Assembly: GCA_964464605.1 (NCBI GenBank)
Contig: CAYXJN010000006.1
Coordinates: 1 to 64,000, forward strand
Source: an uncultured Ignavibacteriales bacterium
Lineage (GTDB): Bacteria > Zixibacteria > MSB-5A5 > GN15 > FEB-12
Length of the DNA: 64,000 nucleotides
Direction: 5' to 3'
In this document: piece by piece, positions 31,429 to 40,104 of the stretch
How the letters are laid out: the number at the start of each line of letters is the position of its first letter
Position numbering within the stretch: the stretch's first letter is position 1
Position numbers and translations under genes: made by a program
Notes under the pieces: generated by a model
Database searches by the model: none
What the model saw: the letters and a program-made list of their open reading frames with translations, nothing else
Told to the model about the DNA's origin: nothing

Positions 31429-32940
31429 CTACGGAACTGTTTGATCCGAGTTTTCCCAGCCCGGTTTTACGTGAGAAAGTGAGTTCTTAAAAACGTTGAA
31501 GAGTGAATCGGATTTCGCCTGATTACCCAGCCGTTCGGCGTAGATGGTTCCGGCGCGGACGATACTCTGACGGCCGGCATCCGAATCCGGAAACTTGTCG
31601 AATAGCTGCATCAACACGGCGGCGGCATCCTCCCAGCGGCGCTGCTGTTCATACAACAGCGATTTGAAGTAGAGCGCACGCGCTTCGGTCAATGAACCGC
31701 GATTACGGGTTGCGATTTCGTTGATGTATTCGTCGGCATCTTTGTACCAGGAGGCCGCTTCTTTGGTTCGGTTCATGGAATCAAGCGTTGCCGCGACATG
31801 AACGTAGCCCTGCATTGCTTCATCCGAACCTCGATAATTTTCGATCAATGAGCGGTATTCGGTAACGGCACGATCCCAGTTGTTTTCCAGTTCGAATGTC
31901 CTCGCCATGGCTAATTGTGCGGCCGGGGTCATATCGAAGAAGCGGGGATTGTTTCTCTTGATCGTGGTCAGAATGTTGCGGGCTTCCATAAAACGGCGGC
32001 CGTTCATCATGATCGAAGTCGTCTTGAATTGGATGTACGGGCGCGCTAACGAATCTTCCGGCTTTAAGGATGTGAGTATACAGTCGTAAATTTGCATCGC
32101 CCGGTCAGGCTGATTCAGTTTGTCGTTGTAAATATCAGCGATGGCGATTTGCAGTTCGATCATGCGGTCCTGCGAGTCAGCGGTCATTTGGGTCAGTTGA
32201 TCGACAACTTTTTCCCATTCGGCAACGCCATCGTACAAACGGGCCAAGGCTGCGCGGCTGAGAGCAACCAAGTGCCGATGCTGGCTCATGGCCGCTAAGT
32301 CCAGATAATAGGATTCCGCTTCATGATACTGTGTGCGTGTCAGCACGGTATCACCGACTACTTGATCGTAAAACGAGAACATGTATGCGGGAAGATTGAA
32401 TAGCTGCAACAGAACGTTACCGGAATCATCAAGCGGAATCGGCTTTAGTGAAAGGGCGACACGATACGACGCGAAGGCGTTTTCCCATTGCCCTTCAGCC
32501 TGGTATGCTTCACCGAGATTGACTGCCGTTACTGCGCGCTGCGATTGGTTCATGCTGACCAGATTCTGTAAATCCTGCAGCACGGCTATGCTTGTGTCAT
32601 AGCGGCCGGCGGCGTAGTACATCTGTGAAACCCGGGTAGCACCCTGAATTGCGTAATAGCGAATCTCTTCATATTCGACTTTGTGGGCGATTGAATCGAT
32701 TTCTTTGAGGGCATTAAAGCAGAAGGTGGTCAGTTCACGGTATTGGGTTGCCCAGCGGTGCATCGTTTCGTCGGAAACAACTTCCTGACGGTCCTCGGCT
32801 ATTTGCATGTCCCGATCGACGAGGAAATACATTTTCTCGGCCTCATAGCGAAGCTTAACTGCCTCCCGATCGGCGCAGGAAAGGGTCAAAGCGGCCGCAA
32901 GAAAGAGGGGGAAATAGCTGCGAAGTGTTTTCAATTCCAT
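31429..32940 (-). CDS. TPR-repeat lipoprotein
   Basis: Lipobox TLSC; multiple TPR-like helical repeats. Confidence 0.8.
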   Translation of the reverse strand: MELKTLRSYFPLFLAAALTLSCADREAVKLRYEAEKMYFLVDRDMQIAEDRQEVVSDETMHRWATQYRELTTFCFNALKEIDSIAHKVEYEEIRYYAIQGATRVSQMYYAAGRYDTSIAVLQDLQNLVSMNQSQRAVTAVNLGEAYQAEGQWENAFASYRVALSLKPIPLDDSGNVLLQLFNLPAYMFSFYDQVVGDTVLTRTQYHEAESYYLDLAAMSQHRHLVALSRAALARLYDGVAEWEKVVDQLTQMTADSQDRMIELQIAIADIYNDKLNQPDRAMQIYDCILTSLKPEDSLARPYIQFKTTSIMMNGRRFMEARNILTTIKRNNPRFFDMTPAAQLAMARTFELENNWDRAVTEYRSLIENYRGSDEAMQGYVHVAATLDSMNRTKEAASWYKDADEYINEIATRNRGSLTEARALYFKSLLYEQQRRWEDAAAVLMQLFDKFPDSDAGRQSIVRAGTIYAERLGNQAKSDSLFNVFKNSLSHVKPGWENSDQTVP

Positions 32941-32950
32941 CCTTGGTTAG

Positions 32951-32977
32951 TTATCGGCGAAGGTCGGCAATAGTCAA
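32951..32977 (-). promoter_or_regulatory. Possible sigma-28-like promoter
   Basis: Minus strand TTGA-N15-GCCGATAA (perfect -10 box). Confidence 0.4.
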
Positions 32978-33071
32978 GTTCACTGTCGCCCTGAATATAT
33001 GCCAATTCGTTACCTGCGCTCAAGCTCTTTATACCCGGCAATATGGCCGGGCGATGGAGCATTAGGGAAAT

Positions 33072-33099
33072 AAAAAACCCCCGAAAATCGGGGGTTTTT
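33072..33099 (-). terminator. Intrinsic terminator of the PEP-CTERM gene
   Basis: A6-CCCCCGA-AAA-TCGGGGG-T5. Confidence 0.85.
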
Positions 33100-33121
33100 C
33101 TGAATCTATAGCAGAATCTGC

Positions 33122-33850
33122 TTAGTCTTTTTTGCGGCGGCGAAGGAAGCCCGCACCAGCCAAGCCAAGACCCAGCAGGGCGATGGTGGTCGGTTCAGGA
33201 ACCGCTTCGTACGTGGTCTGCATCAGGTCGTTACCGCAGGCCAGCGTGTTGTGAAGCTGGAGCTTGGAGAAGTCACCCAAGAGCGACTTGTCAAAGCGAT
33301 ATTCCATAACGTAGGTATCGCTCTTACCATCTTCGTACTTCGACCACTTTTTGGTCGAGGTAACAACGTTACCGAGCTTGCTGCCGGATTTGTACTTCCA
33401 CGCACCAACCTGATTACGAATCGTGCTGTTGCTGTAGTAGCCACCGGTAATGTTCGGGATACCGTCCCACTTGTTAACTTTGTAGAGACCGAGAGCACCG
33501 TCTTTGGTCGTGCGGATAGCAAAACCATACTTGTCGGAGCTACCGGTTCCAATGAAGATATCGCCCAAATCGAAGCCCTGCGGGTAGCCGTGGGGCGGGG
33601 CGGTGTAACCGAAGGAGTTAGTCAGCGCGACGTAAACATACTTTTCGTCAACGGCGACCTTCAGGCCTTCCAGATCATACTCTTCACCACCGGACGGGTT
33701 GTGACCGATGCCATGCGGGTAGTTGACCGGGGACCAGTTGTTGTTGTTGTCAAACGGATTGCTTCCAAAGTTGTAGAGCGAGAAGCTGAACCCGTACGCT
33801 TGTCCGGCAACCAAAACGGCAGCCAAAACAAAGAGCAGTTTCTTTTTCAT
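33122..33850 (-). CDS. PEP-CTERM exosortase-targeted surface protein
   Basis: Signal peptide MKKKLL...; C-terminal VPEPTTIALLGLGLAGAGFLRRRKKD. Confidence 0.92.
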   Translation of the reverse strand: MKKKLLFVLAAVLVAGQAYGFSFSLYNFGSNPFDNNNNWSPVNYPHGIGHNPSGGEEYDLEGLKVAVDEKYVYVALTNSFGYTAPPHGYPQGFDLGDIFIGTGSSDKYGFAIRTTKDGALGLYKVNKWDGIPNITGGYYSNSTIRNQVGAWKYKSGSKLGNVVTSTKKWSKYEDGKSDTYVMEYRFDKSLLGDFSKLQLHNTLACGNDLMQTTYEAVPEPTTIALLGLGLAGAGFLRRRKKD

Positions 33851-33907
33851 GTTAGTTCCCATGGTATTTAAAATAATGTTTTTCATACTATAATCCACGA
33901 GCTGTAA

Positions 33908-33923
33908 AGCACTTCCTGTGCCA
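33908..33923 (-). promoter_or_regulatory. Sigma-54 promoter
   Basis: Minus strand TGGCACAGGAAGTGCT (GG-N10-GC). Confidence 0.75.
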
Positions 33924-34008
33924 AAGGAGCTTTCTGTCCAATTTTAGTCCTAAGTCATTGGTATATAATACTATTAATTTTCAATAGTTGGCTTAATATT
34001 GAGTGGAG

Positions 34009-34048
34009 TGAGCAATTTTCTGCATAGAATTCCCTAAGTCTATGCAGA
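34009..34048. promoter_or_regulatory. Candidate enhancer (UAS) or operator
   Basis: TGAGCAATTTTCTGCA overlapping a perfect inverted repeat TCTGCATAGA-N10-TCTATGCAGA, about 90-125 bp from the sigma-54 site. Confidence 0.5.
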
Positions 34049-34147
34049 GGTGTAGCTAAATGTTACGCAAGTAGTGAGTTACTGCCCCAATAAATCTCCT
34101 TCTTTTGCGCTGATTCTGAATGGCCGGAATTGGAAAAAGAGGTGGCG

Positions 34148-35401
34148 ATGGGAGAAAATCTGAAACAGGAAACGGCACTGTGTAACGCCAGGTTAGTGCA
34201 GGCAAAACAGGGGAAAGGCGGTCTGGGGGTATTTGCGGAGAACGGCTCCCGACTGGTGCAGTGGTCAAGCAGAGAGATTGCAAGCAGCCAGTACCGCACG
34301 AAGCTCTACCGGTTTTTGGCTGATACTATTCCAGTTGTGAGCGCCTGTTTATGGACTTGGGTTCGGTTTGGGGCAGCGCCCGGGCAATTTGAAATCATCG
34401 AGCCGGATGCACGGTCAAAGCATAAGGCAGCGATTGATCGGTTGAATCGACTGAGCGAGCGAATAGGGATTAACCGGTTTGGTGCTCAGGTGGGGATGTC
34501 CACGTTTCTTATTGATCTGTTTACCTTTTTGTATAGGGATGGGATTGTCGGTGGTTTTCTGGTCACGGATAAAAATAGAGCGGGGGTGGAATCATTTCAG
34601 CTAATCGACCCGGCACAACTGGTTTTGGATAGTTCAACCGGGAAGGATTTGCTGCTGTTGGCGACTGATTCGCAAACGGTGCGGCTTGACCGGCCGGACT
34701 TTCGGCATATCTCGTTGGGGGGCGGTATCGCCGAGCCGCTTGGCCGGTCGATTTTTCGTTCGATTCCGTTTGTCGCCTATATCGAACAGCAGTTGGTCGA
34801 CGACATGCGGCGCAGCAGTCATAACTCGGGGTATCATCGGCTGCATGTGCAGATAACTCCGCCTGAACGGTTGGGGGGAGAGAGTGAGAAAGCGTATATT
34901 GAGCGAATCAACCGCTATTTCGATGACACGGTATCGATGATCAAATCCTGCGATGTCGATGAAAATCCAGTGACGTGGAACAACGTGACAATACAGACGA
35001 TTGGACCGAACGCGGCTAAAAGCGTAACGAACAGTTGGTTTTTTAACCATCGAGCAATGATCGAAGAAGTCTGCGCGGGAACGAATCTGGCGCCGTTTTT
35101 ATTGGGCTATTCCTACGGTGCGACAACAACCTGGTCATCGTTTAAGTTTGATATGGTGATGCGTCAGGTACAGTCGGTGCAAACGGAGGTTGCGCAGTTA
35201 TTGGAGTGGATCGGCAATGTCGAACTGGCGCTTGCCGGATTCGATTTGAAATGCCGGTACAAGTTCGATAATACGTTCGCGCATCAGGCGAATGAACAGG
35301 CTTCGGTGCAATCAGTACGGATCGACAGTATTTTGAAACTCTATTCAGCAGGGCTTATCAATATCGATACGGCGCGTATTAAAGCGGCGGAGCTGCTGTA
35401 A
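34148..35401 (+). CDS. Phage portal-like protein
   Basis: About 417 aa; P.VSA.L early helix, IDP..L, PLGRS motif, LAPFLLG.S...T; next to TerL; RBS GAGG. Confidence 0.7.
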   Translation: MGENLKQETALCNARLVQAKQGKGGLGVFAENGSRLVQWSSREIASSQYRTKLYRFLADTIPVVSACLWTWVRFGAAPGQFEIIEPDARSKHKAAIDRLNRLSERIGINRFGAQVGMSTFLIDLFTFLYRDGIVGGFLVTDKNRAGVESFQLIDPAQLVLDSSTGKDLLLLATDSQTVRLDRPDFRHISLGGGIAEPLGRSIFRSIPFVAYIEQQLVDDMRRSSHNSGYHRLHVQITPPERLGGESEKAYIERINRYFDDTVSMIKSCDVDENPVTWNNVTIQTIGPNAAKSVTNSWFFNHRAMIEEVCAGTNLAPFLLGYSYGATTTWSSFKFDMVMRQVQSVQTEVAQLLEWIGNVELALAGFDLKCRYKFDNTFAHQANEQASVQSVRIDSILKLYSAGLINIDTARIKAAELL

Positions 35402-36726
35402 TTACGGGCAACAGCGTTGATACTATCGACTGGCAGCGAGGTCTGCTTGAGCCATCCTATTTCGCTGAACAGATTTTAGGGGTTCAGCTACATGAGGGGC
35501 AGAAAAAATGGCTGGCAGATTCAATAACCGGCGAAAATATTCTGGTAACTGGCAACCGGTGGGGAAAGTCGTTTGTCAGCGCGGTGAAGATCCTGCACCA
35601 TCTCTTGTATCGTATTCGTGAGTTAGCGTATGATCATGCCGAGGTGTATCGAATTGTGAATGCATCCATTACGCAGGATCAAGCAGGAATCATTTTCAAT
35701 CAAGTGGTGCGATTGGCGCGACAATCACCAATCTATGCGTCGCTCATTGAAAGTGTCGTCAATTCGCCGTTTCCAAAGCTAACACTCTCCAATTATGCGA
35801 CACTCGAAGCCCGTTCAACCCAGCAGCGGGGGCATTATCTGTTAGGGCATGACTATGATTTCTTTCTTTTCGATGAGGTCGCCTTTGAGCCGGAACCGGA
35901 ATATGTTGTCGAAGAGATAATCCGAATGCGGCTGGCGGACCGAAACGGAAAGCTCGATTTAATTTCGACCCCAAACGGAAAGAATTGGTTTTACCGCCGG
36001 GCGATGAAACTCGCATCCGGTGAAGTCAACGGCTATCTGCAATTCGGCAGCAGTCAGGAGAATCCGTTTATATCGCAGGAGTATTTGAACGAGCGGTTAC
36101 AGTATTTCTCTGACAGGCGGATACAGCAGAATATCAAAGGTCAGTTTGTTGACAGTGGCGGGGAGTTGCTGAAAGGAGAATGGATCGACCGGGCGCTGAC
36201 GAATCAAGCAGACTTGCATGAACATGATGTTCGCTATATCAACGGTTGGGATCTTGCGAGAAAGCAGACAGCGACTGTCGGCATAACTATCGCGGTTGAT
36301 AATGATCTCGCACGAGTTGTTTCGGTCGAGCGGCTTTCCAAATATGACTGGGAGGTCGTGATGACGCGGATTCGGCAGCGGCAAATGCAGTTTCCCGGCA
36401 CGTTGGTACTGGATGCTACGGGGTTGGGGGATGTAATCAGCGAAGCGCTTCGGGATTTACAGCCGGAGACAGTTATTTTTACGCCATCGACAAAGGCGGA
36501 GTTATTGACCAACCTTGAATTGTTCCATGCTTCCGGTCGTATCGGCTACAGCCGAAATGAAATCCCGCTTGAACAGGGGAAGGTATGGGCGCTTGAGGAT
36601 GAGCTTCGTTCAGTCAGGTGGGAGGATAACAATCAATACGACGGAGTTATGGCATTAGCATTGGCCTTGTGGCCTTTGCGAAAACGGGATGCGATTGAAC
36701 TTACGCCGAAAATCGGCCGGGTATAA
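35401..36726 (+). CDS. Phage terminase large subunit, probable ATT start
   Basis: Frame is open upstream of the tracked GTG (35584) and contains LHEGQ and Walker A GNRWGKS; then FLFDE, ISTPNG, ENP, nuclease GWDLAR, DATGLG, DGVMALALA. Confidence 0.88.
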   Translation: MTGNSVDTIDWQRGLLEPSYFAEQILGVQLHEGQKKWLADSITGENILVTGNRWGKSFVSAVKILHHLLYRIRELAYDHAEVYRIVNASITQDQAGIIFNQVVRLARQSPIYASLIESVVNSPFPKLTLSNYATLEARSTQQRGHYLLGHDYDFFLFDEVAFEPEPEYVVEEIIRMRLADRNGKLDLISTPNGKNWFYRRAMKLASGEVNGYLQFGSSQENPFISQEYLNERLQYFSDRRIQQNIKGQFVDSGGELLKGEWIDRALTNQADLHEHDVRYINGWDLARKQTATVGITIAVDNDLARVVSVERLSKYDWEVVMTRIRQRQMQFPGTLVLDATGLGDVISEALRDLQPETVIFTPSTKAELLTNLELFHASGRIGYSRNEIPLEQGKVWALEDELRSVRWEDNNQYDGVMALALALWPLRKRDAIELTPKIGRV

Positions 36727-36733
36727 AATGGCA

Positions 36734-36759
36734 ACGCCACCAGCTTTCGCTGGCGGCGT
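36734..36759 (-). terminator. Hairpin between convergent TerL and PEP-CTERM genes
   Basis: Minus strand ACGCCGCCAGC-GAAA-GCTGGTGGCGT; weak U tract. Confidence 0.55.
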
Positions 36760-36788
36760 ACATTATCACAAGAGAGGTTGGGAACCGC

Positions 36789-37172
36789 TTACTCTTTGTT
36801 CGAATTCTTTTTCTTCATCGCATAGGCAGCGACAAGGCCGGAACCTAACAGAATCATGGTAGCCGGTTCAGGGACCTGAGGCGGATTGTCATTGTCTCTG
36901 TCTTTGCCTCCGCGACCATCTCTGCCGTCACGACCGCCGTTGCGATCACGATCTCTATTGTTGTCATGATCACGATCATTTCGATTATCACTATCGTTGT
37001 CTTTACGATCGTTGTCGTTACGATTCTGCTGGTTGTTATTGTTCTTGTTGTTCTTCGGCGTGTTTGTGAAGCCGTACACTTCTGACGTGGTTATGCTCAT
37101 GACCAGTGCAAACAGCACCAAGCCAAATAACCAAGGGAGACGTGATCTGCGATGTGTTTTGTAAATCTTCAT
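36789..37172 (-). CDS. Small low-complexity PEP-CTERM protein
   Basis: Signal peptide, N/D/R/G-rich core, VPEPATMILLGSGLVAAYAMKKK. Confidence 0.88.
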   Translation of the reverse strand: MKIYKTHRRSRLPWLFGLVLFALVMSITTSEVYGFTNTPKNNKNNNNQQNRNDNDRKDNDSDNRNDRDHDNNRDRDRNGGRDGRDGRGGKDRDNDNPPQVPEPATMILLGSGLVAAYAMKKKNSNKE

Positions 37173-37227
37173 TCGTGCACCACCACGGGTTAGGTTAACA
37201 ATTTCTCTTGCTGCTGACATTTAATTA

Positions 37228-37243
37228 AGCAAAGCCAATGCCA
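37228..37243 (-). promoter_or_regulatory. Sigma-54 promoter
   Basis: Minus strand TGGCATTGGCTTTGCT (GG-N10-GC). Confidence 0.75.
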
Positions 37244-37428
37244 TTTCCGCTTTTTCTTCGCTTCGCACACGTAATGTCTTGATAGCGTTATCATTACAAG
37301 AGTGGGCAAACCGGTGAAATCAGGCATGAGCAAAGGCAGCTTGCAACAAATTGCGCAAAAAAAGATTAGTATCGCTACAAAAGCTTATGCCGGAGGCTCT
37401 ATCAGATATGTCGCAGGGTGGAGGAAGA

Positions 37429-38874
37429 ATGGCGGAACGATACGGGTTGTTGACGGCAACATTGGCGGATGGAATAGAACAGGAGCGGTTACAGGAGTTG
37501 GCTGCGCTGATCAATGAACGGATTCATCCACCGGAGCCGGTAACAGCCAATGATATTTTTGTGCGGGGTATGTATGTCGTTTCGGATGAGGTCAATAGTT
37601 TCGGAGGACGGTTTCCGGCAACCGAGTTTCAATCACTCAAAGAAAAGCTGATTAACACGCCGGTATTGGTGGGGCACCGCAAGGATTCACTGCCGATCGG
37701 GCGCACCTTTCATGCCGAACTGGTAGAGCGGAACGGACGTCCCTGGGTGAAGAGTCTGTTTTACTGGCTGAAATCGGGGGATGGGTCGCAGATGCTCGCA
37801 GACAACATCGACGGTGGCATTTATCAGGAGTGCTCTATCGGATTTGTGTATCGAACGCCGGAGTGTTCGGTCTGCGGAGAGGATATCCGGCAGTGCGAGC
37901 ATCAGGTTTTTTCCAGCTACTCTAACGAAGGAAAAAATGAGCTGTGCCATTTTCTGTATCGTGAAATCGAAAAAGTTTTGGAAACATCATTGGTCTATCG
38001 CGGGGCAAATCCGGATACGGGGATGTCGCGGGAATTGGCAGAGGGGGAATTCGGTTCGGATGTTGATCGTGGCTTAGGAACCGAAGCGCAGGGAACAGGG
38101 GATGATGGGCGGTTGCTCGTTATCCCCTGTTACGATGCCGTCACGCTGCAGATCAGTAAAACTGAAACGGAATTTTCAGTTCATCGCGTGGATGGGAAAC
38201 CATTTTCCGCGCAGTTTGCGAACTGTATACATGAATCATTTCCCAAAGCAATTAGCTCGTGCGTTGTGCAGTTAGTCGGATATCGGGGCAAGGAACGATG
38301 CTCGCTTGTTGATACTGAGCGATATCTGGCCGGGAAATCATCTCCGCTCACCCGGATTGAATTGAAAGTAATGCCGGATAAACAAGGAAAGATTCCGGAG
38401 TGCAAAACTGAGGGATTGAATAACAGGATAACGGTGCGACCGATTCGCTGTCGTATTGTAAGCAAAGAAGAATTGGCGCTTACGTCTCAGGCTATTGGCA
38501 CGAAGACGGGAGTAACAATTTGGCCGTTAGCCGCATATGAGCCGACCCAGCCGGGTCAGCGATATACGCCGCAGATGCAGAGATTGGCGCGTAATCAATG
38601 GAGCGTGCAGACAGATGATTCGGACACAAATGCCGTTTTGCTATTTAATGACGGGGTTGTGTCACGTCAGTATCGTATTGAGCGATTCGATAAACGTCTG
38701 TGGAATGCAGGACGCTGTTTTTTTGCTGACAGCGCTATCGTTGACAGCAAATCAACTCAGGCAACGCCGACAACACCGCGAATCGCCGTCCGTGCGCGTC
38801 CGGTACTGTTGCACGGGCGCCGTCGGTTCTTACTTTCCAAGCAATCAATAGAACGAAAGCAGGTGGCAGTATGA
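37429..38874 (+). CDS. Prohead-protease-like protein with an extra C-terminal domain
   Basis: RBS GGAGG; LVGH....IGR.F, I.GGIY.ECSIGF, CSVCG...C.H insert, E.SLVY.GA.P; located upstream of the capsid genes. Confidence 0.7.
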   Translation: MAERYGLLTATLADGIEQERLQELAALINERIHPPEPVTANDIFVRGMYVVSDEVNSFGGRFPATEFQSLKEKLINTPVLVGHRKDSLPIGRTFHAELVERNGRPWVKSLFYWLKSGDGSQMLADNIDGGIYQECSIGFVYRTPECSVCGEDIRQCEHQVFSSYSNEGKNELCHFLYREIEKVLETSLVYRGANPDTGMSRELAEGEFGSDVDRGLGTEAQGTGDDGRLLVIPCYDAVTLQISKTETEFSVHRVDGKPFSAQFANCIHESFPKAISSCVVQLVGYRGKERCSLVDTERYLAGKSSPLTRIELKVMPDKQGKIPECKTEGLNNRITVRPIRCRIVSKEELALTSQAIGTKTGVTIWPLAAYEPTQPGQRYTPQMQRLARNQWSVQTDDSDTNAVLLFNDGVVSRQYRIERFDKRLWNAGRCFFADSAIVDSKSTQATPTTPRIAVRARPVLLHGRRRFLLSKQSIERKQVAV

Positions 38875-39197
38875 AGCGGGAAGATCCGACAACGCAACTT
38901 GCGGGCAGCAAAATGCGGTTCGTTAATGAAATAGCAAATTTGGTGGCAATTATTCTCGGGCTGGTTGCCGCATACTTTTTGACGCTGCAATCACTCAAAC
39001 TGGAATTGGCGGCAAAAGCGGAAAACTCGGTCGTCGAGACGCTCGATCGGAAGCTAACCGGCTTTGAAGTCTTTCTGCGTGAAGGTGTGGTAAATAAAGA
39101 GGAGTTTCATCAGATGACCGGCCAAATCGAACAACGGCTCAGTCGCATCGAATTATATCTGCGCATACAGGAGGGGAATGTCGGTGGGAAACGATAA
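38871..39197 (+). CDS. Small single-TM coiled-coil protein (holin-like candidate)
   Basis: One TM segment (LVAIILGLVAAYFL) followed by a heptad pattern; ATGA overlap. Confidence 0.5.
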   Translation: MKREDPTTQLAGSKMRFVNEIANLVAIILGLVAAYFLTLQSLKLELAAKAENSVVETLDRKLTGFEVFLREGVVNKEEFHQMTGQIEQRLSRIELYLRIQEGNVGGKR

Positions 39198-39600
39198 ACA
39201 TATTTGCGAGTATCTGGCTTCGGTTTCACAGGCGTTACAGGACGAATCGGTTGCGCTCATCGATTTCGATGAATTGTCACGACAACTTTCTGTCGCGAAA
39301 AATCTTTTGCGAGATGCCGCAAGCAATGCAAAGGAATTGGCAGCGCTGCGCGGCGATTACATCGACCGTATTTCCGGAATGGCGAAAGCTGTCGCGGCGA
39401 CAGAAAACCGGAGAGAAGAGAGTGAAGAATTGTTAGCGGTATGTTCGGCATTGGAGTCGGTGCCCGTTGCAGAGCTGTTAACGCACTATCGGCGGGTATC
39501 GGCAAAGTTTCGGGATACGTTCCCGGCCAGTTTTGGATTGTTGCGGGTGAGAACCGGAGCGACCGGTACGAAAAAAAGAAACTACGCAGAGTACAAATAA
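39178..39600 (+). CDS. Helical scaffold-like protein
   Basis: Coiled-coil, short C-terminal tail ending YAEYK, directly upstream of decoration and MCP genes. Confidence 0.5.
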   Translation: MSVGNDKHICEYLASVSQALQDESVALIDFDELSRQLSVAKNLLRDAASNAKELAALRGDYIDRISGMAKAVAATENRREESEELLAVCSALESVPVAELLTHYRRVSAKFRDTFPASFGLLRVRTGATGTKKRNYAEYK

Positions 39601-39676
39601 GCGAGGGATGATTTATCCCGGCCATGCGGGGTAATCCCCCGGCCATTTTCTTTGATAACATAACGAAGAGGGGACT

Positions 39677-40099
39677 ATGGGTATACGAGATCAGAATCTT
39701 GAAGCGGTCGCACCGGTGCTGGCGACATTCAAGATCAAGCAGACATCGAATGTCGACGATTTGAAAAATGCTGATATCGGCAAACCGGTAACGTTGAGCG
39801 GCAGCAATGAAGCCGGTCCTATCGGCGCAGGGGAAGTGCTGTTGGGAAAGTTGATTGCGCTTACGCTGAATGACGGAGACAACGGCAAACGGCTCGCAAC
39901 GGTGCAGATCGGCGGTATTTGCAAGTTGGCGGTATCGGCCACGACGCCAGCGGTCGGGAATCGTGTCGTTGGCGGCACGACCGGCACAGTGAAACAGGCG
40001 CCTGCGTTGGCCGGCAATGATCCGGCGGGCGGAAATGTTGCGCGCGGAACGGTGCTTGAAGTTATCGGTAGTACCGAATGCGTAATTCTTTTGAATTAG
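39677..40099 (+). CDS. Capsid decoration/cement-like protein
   Basis: 140 aa, Gly/Val-rich, GKPV.LS...G...G......TVQ.GG pattern, immediately upstream of MCP; RBS GAGG. Confidence 0.6.
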   Translation: MGIRDQNLEAVAPVLATFKIKQTSNVDDLKNADIGKPVTLSGSNEAGPIGAGEVLLGKLIALTLNDGDNGKRLATVQIGGICKLAVSATTPAVGNRVVGGTTGTVKQAPALAGNDPAGGNVARGTVLEVIGSTECVILLN

Positions 40100-40104
40100 G
40101 GGGG

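Noticed and set aside
32985..33005. Sigma-54 promoter for the TPR gene (TGGCAT on minus strand)
   Set aside because: No GC at the required -12 spacing.
35584..36726. TerL as an N-terminally truncated pseudogene
   Set aside because: The missing Walker A region is present in frame upstream; only the start codon is atypical.
36890..37060. CRISPR array or DNA tandem repeat
   Set aside because: Imperfect repeats that simply encode the N/D/R/G tract of a PEP-CTERM protein; no repeat-spacer periodicity.
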